NCBI GenBank assembly: GCA_944391505.1
Contig: CALXTV010000008.1
Coordinates: forward strand, 2,109 to 66,108
Direction: 5' to 3'
Source of the DNA: an uncultured Alphaproteobacteria bacterium
Lineage (GTDB): Bacteria > Pseudomonadota > Alphaproteobacteria > RF32 > CAG-239
Length of the DNA: 64,000 bases
The notes beneath the pieces are model-generated. The model searched no databases and was not told the DNA's origin. It worked only from the letters and a program-made list of their open reading frames with translations. Position numbers and translations under genes: made by a program. Of this stretch, positions 19,771-28,900 are shown in pieces. How positions within the stretch are numbered: the first letter of the stretch is position 1; every line of letters starts with the position of its first letter.

Positions 19771-20517
19771 TTACTTAAAGGAGTGAACCAGCGACCCAGC
19801 CAGCATATACCATCCGTCAACCAGCACAAAGAAAATAACTTTAAAAGGCAACGCCAGAACCGTCGGCGGCAACATCATCATACCCATTGACATCAGCACC
19901 GAGGCAATAACCATGTCAATAATCAAAAACGGCACAAAAATTAAGAAGCCGATTTCAAACGCCCGTCGCAACTCGCTGATCATAAATGCCGGAATGGCGA
20001 CTTTCAAAGGCGTTTCTTCAACCGTTGCCGCCGGTTTTTCTTTTGCCAGGTCCGTAAACAGAAGCAAATCTTTCTCACGGGTATTTCTGACCATAAACTC
20101 CTTAATCGGCGCCGCCGCTTTCTCCAGCCCTTCGACGATTTCGACTTTTTCCTCATACATCGGCTTAATGCCTTCTTCCCACGACTTTTCAAAAGTCGGC
20201 GCCATAATAAACATGGTCAGAAACAAAGCCAGCGAAAGCAAAACCATATTCGGCGGCGTTGAGTTGGTTGCCAGCGCACTGCGCGTAATTGAAAAGACCA
20301 CAACAATCCGCGTAAAGGAAGTCATCATAATCAGCAGGCTCGGCGCAATCGACAATACCGTAATCAGCAGAATAAGGTTAAATATCCGCGCCGTTGCCGA
20401 ACCGCTCGGCTGATCCTGAATATTCAGGCTAAGCGTCTGCGCTTCGGCCGGAAAACCGAAAGCCAAAACAACCGCAGCCAGAACAAAACAAAAAAGAAAG
20501 AACTTTCTGAACATCAT
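19771..20517 (-). CDS. fliP: Flagellar export gate protein FliP
   Basis: MMTSFTRIVVV, PPNMVL, PAFMISEL, MGMMMLPP, FFVLVDGW. Confidence 0.96.
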   Translation of the reverse strand: MMFRKFFLFCFVLAAVVLAFGFPAEAQTLSLNIQDQPSGSATARIFNLILLITVLSIAPSLLIMMTSFTRIVVVFSITRSALATNSTPPNMVLLSLALFLTMFIMAPTFEKSWEEGIKPMYEEKVEIVEGLEKAAAPIKEFMVRNTREKDLLLFTDLAKEKPAATVEETPLKVAIPAFMISELRRAFEIGFLIFVPFLIIDMVIASVLMSMGMMMLPPTVLALPFKVIFFVLVDGWYMLAGSLVHSFK

Positions 20518-20801
20518 TTCTGAACCTTTTTATGCGGAACGGATTCAATCAGCAGATTCTGAGCGGTGCCGAGCAAAATCAAATGTTCGGCATCGTCTCT
20601 GCGAAACAAAACCAGTGTATTTCGGGCATCAAGCCGGCGGATTTCCAAAACCTGCAGCCGCTGCTGTTCGCCGAGCTTGCGCATAAACCGGTTTTTGGCA
20701 CCGTGCAGTTGGCAGTATTTGATTGCCCACAGCGTCAACAACATCAGCCCAATCACAAAAGCCAGCGAAAGCATGGCTTTCAAAATCATCATACCTTCCA
20801 T
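20514..20801 (-). CDS. fliO: Flagellar biosynthesis protein FliO
   Basis: N-terminal TM plus RLQVLEIRRLD..LVL..RDDAEHLILLG; overlaps the fliP start. Confidence 0.85.
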   Translation of the reverse strand: MEGMMILKAMLSLAFVIGLMLLTLWAIKYCQLHGAKNRFMRKLGEQQRLQVLEIRRLDARNTLVLFRRDDAEHLILLGTAQNLLIESVPHKKVQK

Positions 20802-20940
20802 TTTCCCGTCCGGCCGCAAAAGTTATCCTGCGCCGATTATACGAGCCGACGGCCTCAAAAGTCAATCGCCGCGGCGTCATCTGTTGATATGTGCGGCGCG
20901 AAACTGGAAGAAGCAAAAACAATATGTTAGAAATAAATTC

Positions 20941-21480
20941 ATGAAAGAAGAAAAAATCAAAATATCCGACGAACGCAAGACCATGGGGCTGTCGTCCCTT
21001 TCCAAAACGGTTTTGCCTTTTGCCAAACAGCTCCTCGGCAGCAAGGGTTTTGTCGAAATAGACATTCTGACCGGCTGGAGTGAAATTGTCGGCGACGAAT
21101 TGGCCGAATTCTGCCTGCCGCAAAAAATCGTCTTTCCCCGCGGACAAAAAACCGGCGGAACTTTGTATCTGTATGCGGCCTCCGGAGCCTTTGCACTTGA
21201 AATTACGCATCGCGAAAGATTTATTCTGGAAAAAATCAATACCCGCTTCGGCTATCAGGCCGTTGCCAAAATAAAAATCGTCCAAAACGGCGGGCCGGCA
21301 CTGACCCGGCCGATTAAAACAAAAACGGCGGAACCGTCGGAAACTCTTGTAAGCAAAGAAGAGGAAAATTATATTAATAACCTGACCGAAGACTTAAAGC
21401 ATGCGGAACTTAAGAAAATATTAGTAAAATTAGGTAAAAGTGTATTTAACGACAACAAAAGAGAGAATGGGAAGAAATGA
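20941..21480 (+). CDS. dciA: DUF721/DciA family protein
   Basis: WSEIVG..A..C.P, ALEITH, INTRFGYQAV.KIKIVQ; precedes dsbA. Confidence 0.85.
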   Translation: MKEEKIKISDERKTMGLSSLSKTVLPFAKQLLGSKGFVEIDILTGWSEIVGDELAEFCLPQKIVFPRGQKTGGTLYLYAASGAFALEITHRERFILEKINTRFGYQAVAKIKIVQNGGPALTRPIKTKTAEPSETLVSKEEENYINNLTEDLKHAELKKILVKLGKSVFNDNKRENGKK

Positions 21481-22229
21481 AATTTGAAGACATCATAAAA
21501 AAAATCAGCGGTTTTGCCGCCGGTTTGCTTATTTTTTTCATCGCCGCGGGTATGTATCTGAACCTTAAGGGCTTCATCATGAGCCCGGACGGACGGCCGG
21601 TTTTGGTCAAAACGGCTCAGGCTGCACCGTCAGCGCCGCAGGATACCGGCGGACTGTCTCAGAAAATTGCCGCAAACGTCAATGTAATTCTTCCCCGAGG
21701 ACATGCCCTCGGCAACAAAAACGCACCTATCTCGATTTATGAATACTCGTCTTTCGGCTGCCATCATTGCGCGGATTTCCATTTGGAAACCCTGCCCAAA
21801 CTCCAGAAAGACTTTATCGACAGCGGCAAAGTCAGAGTCGTTTTCGTCAGCTTTCCGCTGGACAGCCGCTCCATGATGGGAGCAATGATTGCCTCCTGCA
21901 TGCCGGAAAAGAACTATCATGAATTCGTCAGCCTCCTGTTCAAAAAACAGCGCGATTGGGGACTTTCTTTCCGCCCGGAAAAGCTGTTAACCGAATATGC
22001 GTCATTAAACGGCATGACCAAAGAAGAAGTCGCCAAATGCCTCAAAGATGAAAAACTGGCGCAGAATATCATTGAAGAACGCCAGCAGGCCATCGAAAAA
22101 CTCAACGTTCAGGGAACCCCTGCACTGCTCATTGTCAGCAAAGACGGCAAGGAAGTTATCCACGGCGCACCGGATTATGATCTGCTTAAGACTTTCCTGA
22201 ATGAAAAACTTACAAACAATAATAAATAA
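21477..22229 (+). CDS. DsbA-family thiol:disulfide oxidoreductase
   Basis: LGNKNAPISIYEYSSFGCHHCADFH; GTP loop. Confidence 0.92.
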   Translation: MKFEDIIKKISGFAAGLLIFFIAAGMYLNLKGFIMSPDGRPVLVKTAQAAPSAPQDTGGLSQKIAANVNVILPRGHALGNKNAPISIYEYSSFGCHHCADFHLETLPKLQKDFIDSGKVRVVFVSFPLDSRSMMGAMIASCMPEKNYHEFVSLLFKKQRDWGLSFRPEKLLTEYASLNGMTKEEVAKCLKDEKLAQNIIEERQQAIEKLNVQGTPALLIVSKDGKEVIHGAPDYDLLKTFLNEKLTNNNK

Positions 22230-22281
22230 TGCGAAAGTTTTTTTAATAAGTCGGTAATAATTTTTGGGTATAGTAAGTGCA

Positions 22282-22584
22282 ATGAAAAAGATTCCCGATG
22301 ACCTCAAATCGCTGGAAGAACGCATAAACAAACAAAGGGCCGCCGAAAAAGCCGCCCGCAGGGATAAACCTGAATCAGAATTTGCTTATGCGGCCAAAAC
22401 CGGCTTTCGGGTCGGAACGGAGCTGGTTTCGGGCGTGGCTGTCGGCGCCGCGCTGGGTTATTTTCTGGACAAACTGTTCGGAACACAGCCCGTATTACTG
22501 ATAACCTGTCTGTTTTTCGGCGGTGCTGCGGGTTTCTTAAACGTATATCGTTTTGTAAAAAACGAAAGCAAAAACAAGGAGTAA
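22282..22584 (+). CDS. atpI: AtpZ/AtpI family protein
   Basis: ELVSGVAVGAALGYFLDKLFGTQP; first gene of the F0 operon. Confidence 0.9.
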   Translation: MKKIPDDLKSLEERINKQRAAEKAARRDKPESEFAYAAKTGFRVGTELVSGVAVGAALGYFLDKLFGTQPVLLITCLFFGGAAGFLNVYRFVKNESKNKE

Positions 22585-22591
22585 GTCTGTC

Positions 22592-23314
22592 GTGTCTAAC
22601 CCTATGGAACAATTTACGATTAAACCGCTTATCCCCCTCGAAGTCGGCGGTGTAGACATCTCTTTTACCAATTCCAGCCTGTTTATGGTGCTGGCCGTTG
22701 TTATATCCACGCTTGTTTTCGGGCTTTGCCTGCGTAAAAGAACCATCGTGCCGTCCGTTGCGCAATCCATACCCGAAACCGTGTACGAGTTTATTTCTTC
22801 TTTGCTTAAGGAAAACGTCGGCGTTGAAGGCCTGAAATATTTTTCATTCATCTTCACGGTGTTCCTGTTTGTCGCTTTCGGCAACCTGCTCGGCCTGTTT
22901 CCCTACGCTTTCACTTTCACTTCGCATCTGGCTGCGGTCGGCGGACTGTCGCTCATTGCCCTTCTGTTCAACATCGGCATCGGCATAAAAAAGAAGAAAT
23001 GGGGTTATCTGCACACATTTTTTCCCAAAGGAATTCCGGCCGCGCTGGCGCCGCTGATTGTTCCGATTGAAATGATTTCTTTTCTGTCAAAACCGTTCAG
23101 CCTGACCGTCCGTCTTGTCGCCAACATGACCGTCGGACATATTATGCTGAAAATAATCGCCGGCTTTGTCGTTGCCTTAGGCATCGGCGGAATCGTACCG
23201 CTGGCTTTTGACGGTTGCATCATCGTCTTTGAAATCTTCATTGCCCTGCTGCAGGCGTTTATTTATACGGTTTTAAGCTGTATTTATCTGGGCGATGCCC
23301 TGCACAGCCACTAA
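22592..23314 (+). CDS. atpB: ATP synthase F0 subunit a
   Basis: PMEQF start; SLTVRLVANMTVGH; ALLQAFIY. Confidence 0.97.
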   Translation: MSNPMEQFTIKPLIPLEVGGVDISFTNSSLFMVLAVVISTLVFGLCLRKRTIVPSVAQSIPETVYEFISSLLKENVGVEGLKYFSFIFTVFLFVAFGNLLGLFPYAFTFTSHLAAVGGLSLIALLFNIGIGIKKKKWGYLHTFFPKGIPAALAPLIVPIEMISFLSKPFSLTVRLVANMTVGHIMLKIIAGFVVALGIGGIVPLAFDGCIIVFEIFIALLQAFIYTVLSCIYLGDALHSH

Positions 23315-23496
23315 GAATTAAGTTTTGGCCTTGCGCCGAATATAATTATGTCGAACAAAAAAACACAACAACCGGAATTTGGATATCGCGTTTAATGCGC
23401 CGCAGTTTTTTTCGCGTGAACAACCAAAGGCACAAGAAAAGAATTTGCAGACAGAAAACCGACAGACGAGTTCCCCCGAACAAAAGGAAGAAAAAA

Positions 23497-23718
23497 ATGG
23501 AACCTATGGCCTATATCGGCGCCGGTATGTGCGCCTTGTCAATGACTGCCGCTGCCTGGGGTGTTTCTCAGGTATGGACAACAATCATCTCTATCGTCGG
23601 ACGCAATCCGCAGGTAAAAAAAGATGTTGACCTTTACGCCTGGGCCGGTTTTGCCGCCGTCGAAGCCATCGCTCTGTATGCGCTGGTTATCGCCCTGGTA
23701 ATGCTCACGGGTAACTAA
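23497..23718 (+). CDS. atpE: ATP synthase F0 subunit c with an atypical glycine motif
   Basis: YIGAG, GRNP loop, conserved Glu in AVEAIALYAL; AAGGA RBS. Confidence 0.93.
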   Translation: MEPMAYIGAGMCALSMTAAAWGVSQVWTTIISIVGRNPQVKKDVDLYAWAGFAAVEAIALYALVIALVMLTGN

Positions 23719-23784
23719 TTCGTTTCGTCTTGGTCAGAACCGGAACAATCCGGTTCTGAAAAGGCGGCAGAAAAGGGATAAGCT

Positions 23785-24270
23785 ATGCCTCAGTTAGATT
23801 CATCAACATTCACGTCTCAGCTTTTTTGGCTGATTGTCTGTTTTTTCAGCATGCTGTTTATCATGTCACATTTTATTGCGCCAAAGATTGCCGACATTTT
23901 GGAACAGCGGCAGCGTAAAATTGACGGCTACCTGAACAAAGCACAAAACCTTCGTCAGGAAGCCGAAGAGTCACTGAAAAAATATCAGGCTGCGCTGGCC
24001 GAAGCAACCGCCGAAGCCAACAAGTCGCTGGCTGAAACACAGACCGAACTAAACGCTTATATACAGAAAAAGCAGGATGAACTGGCCGCAAAGCTCCAGA
24101 AAAAAATTGCCGCCGGCGAAGCGGAAATTGCCCGTAGCAAAGAAACAGCCATGGCCGGCGTTAAGGATATGTCCGAAGAGCTGGCGCAAGCCGTCATCGC
24201 CAAAATCGGCCTGAACTCGATTTCCGCAAAAGATATCAAAGAAGCCGTCAAAACCGTAAAGGCAGAATAA
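23785..24270 (+). CDS. ATP synthase F0 subunit b'
   Basis: MPQLD..TFTSQLFWL. Confidence 0.92.
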   Translation: MPQLDSSTFTSQLFWLIVCFFSMLFIMSHFIAPKIADILEQRQRKIDGYLNKAQNLRQEAEESLKKYQAALAEATAEANKSLAETQTELNAYIQKKQDELAAKLQKKIAAGEAEIARSKETAMAGVKDMSEELAQAVIAKIGLNSISAKDIKEAVKTVKAE

Positions 24271-24271
24271 A

Positions 24272-24883
24272 ATGACCTCAAACAACATTAATTCCGGCAA
24301 AGAAATAATCGACGCAGCTCAAAATGCCGTCATCCAAACCGCGGATAACGTTTCCGGGCTGATTGAAAGTACCGCCGGTCAGCTTGGCGGACACCACGAA
24401 GAAGTTTTTTATCAAAGCGCCGAATTTTGGGTCGGCGTTGCTTTCGTCATGGTCGTCATTCTGCTGGCCAAACCGGTCGGCGGTTTGATAAAGTCAATGA
24501 TGAACAAACGCATTGACGGCATTGCCAAACGCATTAACGACGCCGCCGAACTCCGTGACGAGGCACAAAAACTGCTGGCCGACTACGAAAAGAAATTTCT
24601 CAATGCCGATGACGAAGCGCAGGCAATTCTGCGCAAATCGCAACAGGAAATCGAATACATAAAAAAAGAAAACCTTGCCAGGCTGGAAGAAGAAATGAAA
24701 ATAAAAGAAAAAGAAGCAGCCGATAGAATTGCCGCCTCCAAAGAAAAAGCCGTCAAGGAAATTTCCGACCTGACCAGCGAACTTACCGTCAAAGCGGTTA
24801 AAGCTGCCATAATCAAAAAGATGGACGCCAAAACACAGGATAAACTGATTGACGATTCCATCAGTCTGATTACCAAACTCTGA
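24272..24883 (+). CDS. atpF: ATP synthase F0 subunit b
   Basis: AEFWVGVAF TM plus coiled coil; LIDDSI end. Confidence 0.92.
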   Translation: MTSNNINSGKEIIDAAQNAVIQTADNVSGLIESTAGQLGGHHEEVFYQSAEFWVGVAFVMVVILLAKPVGGLIKSMMNKRIDGIAKRINDAAELRDEAQKLLADYEKKFLNADDEAQAILRKSQQEIEYIKKENLARLEEEMKIKEKEAADRIAASKEKAVKEISDLTSELTVKAVKAAIIKKMDAKTQDKLIDDSISLITKL

Positions 24884-24904
24884 TTACGTTTAACTCTTAT
24901 CATC

Positions 24905-24936
24905 AAAAAAAGACCGGCAATTGCCGGTCTTTTTTT
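24905..24936. terminator. Bidirectional terminator
   Basis: AAAAAAGACCGGC-AATT-GCCGGTCTTTTTT. Confidence 0.85.
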
Positions 24937-24947
24937 GCCAACCTTTT

Positions 24948-25838
24948 TTAAACAAACATCGTATCCAACAAATCTTTGGCATAAGCACGCAATTCCGGAT
25001 TTCTCATCAGCTTCAGCTTAAGATCGGAATAGGCCAAATCCTTGTTCGTGCCGCAGTCAAAACGCATGGCATCACAAAGAACACCACTGAGTTTAACGCC
25101 CCGTGCCGCAGCCAGATTCATAGCATCGGTCAAGTTGATTTCGCCGTTGGAACCTTTGCTGACCTCCGGCAAAATGTCCATAATTACATTAGGCAGAATA
25201 TACGGCCCCATACTGGCATAATTTGACGGAACTTCTTCAAGCTTCGGCTTCTCGACCAACCCTTTGGCATGAACGACGCGCCCGTCGCGCACGGCACCGA
25301 TTAACGCGCCGTAACGGGTCATCTGCTCACGCGGAAACTCCATGATATTCTCAACCATACCGCCGTATTCGTCATATACTTTGAGCAACTGTTTTAAAAT
25401 ACCGTCACCGTGAATATTGATATATACGTCATCAGGCCACATAACGATAAAATCACGGTCACCGACAATTTCCTTAGCCATCAGAATAGCGTGTCCGTTG
25501 CCTTTCGGCTCCTTCTGCTCGGCAAAAGAAAACTTCATGCCGTGTGGAATAATATCCTGAACGACTTTCAAAAGATCAAGTTTGTTCTTTTCCTTCAAAT
25601 GATTTTCCAGCCAGGGATAAGGCTTGAAATAGGTTTCAAACAAATGTTTGCAGGACTGGTCACTGTAGATAAAAACGATTTCCTTAACCCCGATTTCGGC
25701 GCAGGCATCAACCGCATATTGAATAATCGGCAGACTATCCAGCGTAAGAAATCCCTTATGAAGAGCTTTTGTTGCAGGAAGATTTCTGGTTGAAAGTCCG
25801 GCCACAGGCAAAATACAAACTTCAGGTTTTTTTATCAT
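24948..25838 (-). CDS. galU: UTP--glucose-1-phosphate uridylyltransferase
   Basis: LPVAGLSTRNLPATKA, Q.EPKGNGHA, VEKP, GEINLTDA, FDCG. Confidence 0.9.
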   Translation of the reverse strand: MIKKPEVCILPVAGLSTRNLPATKALHKGFLTLDSLPIIQYAVDACAEIGVKEIVFIYSDQSCKHLFETYFKPYPWLENHLKEKNKLDLLKVVQDIIPHGMKFSFAEQKEPKGNGHAILMAKEIVGDRDFIVMWPDDVYINIHGDGILKQLLKVYDEYGGMVENIMEFPREQMTRYGALIGAVRDGRVVHAKGLVEKPKLEEVPSNYASMGPYILPNVIMDILPEVSKGSNGEINLTDAMNLAAARGVKLSGVLCDAMRFDCGTNKDLAYSDLKLKLMRNPELRAYAKDLLDTMFV

Positions 25839-25953
25839 GTAAAACTCCAATAATACATAATGTTGCACAATGCCCGAATCATATCATAAAAAAACGATTC
25901 GACAAGACCAAAACAACCCTTGCACAGCCCCTAAGCACTACTGATGTGCGTTT

Positions 25954-28900
25954 TTAATTTTCCCTGATTATTTTGCCGGAAGCTTCGGACACTTCTCCCT
26001 GTATCCGCTTGAGAAGCGGCTTATCGTCAACGGACTGAGCCTTGTCTTCTTCTGCTTTTTGCAAGGTTGAACCGACGGAAGTTTCTTCTGCGCTTTCAAC
26101 TTTCCCCGAAACTTTCTCTGCATCGGCAGCCGTCTCTCCCTCAAGGATTATCGTCGGTTTTTTGATAATACCGCTCGGCGTTTTGCCGCTAAAATCAAGA
26201 ACCGGAATATCTTCTTTCATCTTGGCCGCTTCCATTTTTTCAATTTCCTCAATTCCGCGCGTTACCGTAATATCTTCGCCGCGGGCGCCGGAAATCTTGC
26301 CGGTATTTTCTTCCAGTTTCTTTTTAATCTCCTCTTGTTTCAGTTTTTCCGCATAAGCTTTCTCTTCGGCGACCGTAAGTTCTTCCGAATAGGCAAACAA
26401 TTCATCGGTTTTTTCGTTCAGAAGTTTTAAGTCCTCCGCCGCCTCTTTTTCCAGGCCTGCAATTTTAGAGACATAATCTTCCAGTTGTTGAAGATCATGA
26501 CTGTTTTGCATAAAGATATAATCCTTGACCACCTGCGTATTGATTGCGTCCAAAGCCAGCAGCTTGTCCTCAATATCTTTTTTCATCTCAATAACGCGGT
26601 CGTCCTTCTCTATATCAAACAATGTCTTAATCATCGCCAGCCTTTGGCCGAAAACGCCGAAATTATCGCGATAACTGTTGACATCGGCCTTCGACTGATT
26701 GTAAACATCAACAATTTTATTATAAAAGCCGTTTATCCTTTTCTTGACGTCTTCCTCATATACACCGAGAATTTCCGCCTTAAATCCCGCTGACTTATCG
26801 TCAAGAACCGAGTTTTTCTCCCCCAGTGCTTTGGGCAGACTCTCGTCAAACTCGGGCACCATACCCTGAACAATCACCTCGTCCAACCCCTTGCTGACGT
26901 CTTTCACTCTGGCGTCAATCTCGTCATATTTGGCCAGAATGTCGGCATCACTTGTCATTTTGCGGCGTTTTTCCAACTCCGGAAGGACCTCTTTGAACAA
27001 GCGCTGCTGAATGCTTTTGGCATAATTCTGCTGCTCGTCCATCAAAGCTTTCAGGCGAGCCTTGCGCGCATCTTCCGCTGCCTTTTTATCTGCTGCAACT
27101 TTCTCCCAATGCGCGTCATACACGTCAGTAATCGGCGCCACGTCAACGGTAAGTGCCGGCGAAAGCATCGGACCGGACAAAGCAAACGTAAACGGTTTAA
27201 CTTTGCTTCCGGCAAACGTTACCGTAAAACCGGCGTCCATATCCCAAACATCCAAACTGCCCTTGTCCGTCATGGCAACCCTTTGATTGGGCGCCTCAAA
27301 AACAGCGTTTTCAAAAACATATTGAGCCTTTGCAATGTTAACCTTGCCCGACGCACGAGCAAAGACCGTTTCTCCTTTCTGCAGATTTTCCTGCACCAAA
27401 GCCGCCAATCCGTCGGAACGATCCCGTTTTTGCAAATCCGCACCGATTACACCCAGATTCCAACCCTTGATAACCGGCTCATCAATAACATAATTAATTT
27501 CGGCATCCAGCCCGGTAAGCATATCTTCTTCAGAACCGGCCATTGTGTTAAACGTCGCCTGCGCAGACAAAATCCCCGACTTTATGCCATATTTGCTGCC
27601 GCTCCAGCTTCTTTCGGTCATTTTCTGTTTTTGCAAATTAAGATTTCCGCGCAGATACGGCTCTTCGGTCACACCGAGCTCGGCACTTCCGGCCACCTGC
27701 CCGCCGTTATAATCAGCAGCGAAATTACCGACACTCAGAACACCGTCTTTCAATACGCAGTTCAATGCGGTATTTTCAAAATTTTCATTTTTATATGTCA
27801 GCGCTCCAATCTTAAAGCTTCCGTCAAAATCAAATGTCTTATAAAAGTCATAATTAATTTTGTTTTTGCTCAGATACGGACGGGCAACAAACTCGGCATT
27901 TTCCGTCTCGTTTTCGCGAAAACTGACCTTTTTCTCCTGAGTTGGCGCGTCATTGTAAAAAAAGCGTTCCAGTTCAAATTTGTTAATATCCATCTGCGTT
28001 TTGATGTTCGGCCGTCCCGAGCGGCGGTCAACCGACAATTCCCCTTTAAAATTGTTAGAACCGACAAACGCATTCAAATCGGATAATTTAAAATTATCAC
28101 TTGTTCCGGCAACTTTGGCCGAAAGCGTAAATATTCCCAAAGAAAAGGTTTTCGGGTTATAGCCGAAATTAAAATCATTGACCAGCCGGACAAAATCCGG
28201 CGCTTTCAGATCAACATCTCCGGAAAAAGACCACTGTCCGTTCTGTTTGCCGGCCTGCCCGCCGTAAACGAAATCAATATTTTCCAACCTGGAAACCGCT
28301 TTCATGGCCATAAGCTCCGGACTTCCGCTCACAATTCCTTTGGAACTGAAATTTTTAAGCTTTTTCAGATCGGCACGTGGCAGCGGTAGCGAAAACTTAT
28401 TCAGGAACGAAGCAAAATCTTTCGTTTCCAATCCATACTTCAAATTTTCAAACTGCAGCGACTTTCCCATACCCTTTAAAACCCCCGAGGCTTCCAGCGT
28501 CGCATTGGCCACCGTACCGATATTGAGTTTTGTAATTGTCATCTCGCCCAAAACCGTATCCAAATCAAACTGCGTATTTTCAAACGGAATATTGTCATAA
28601 ATACCCAGATTGATTTTGCCGAAAAACCGCAGATCAAAATCGTTCAGAAAGCCCAACTGCGAAAACCGATAATTGATTCTTTCGGCAAAAGTGCTTTCCT
28701 GAACTTCTGCCGGCAGCGGCGGAATATAATTGTCAAAATTAATATTGTCGGCATTGACCTCCCAAAAAACATTCGGTCTTTCGCCGGTAATAATTCCCAT
28801 GTTGCCGGTAAAGGAACTCTTATCTACGCTGAGCGTATAAGGCGAAATCTTAACCGTTTTCAAAGTGCCCTCCACGGTCGCTTCCCCTGTACTGCGCTTA

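Noticed and set aside
23379-23496. N-terminal extension of AtpE and overlapping ORF 23379..23630
   Set aside because: The RBS and c-subunit homology begin at 23497
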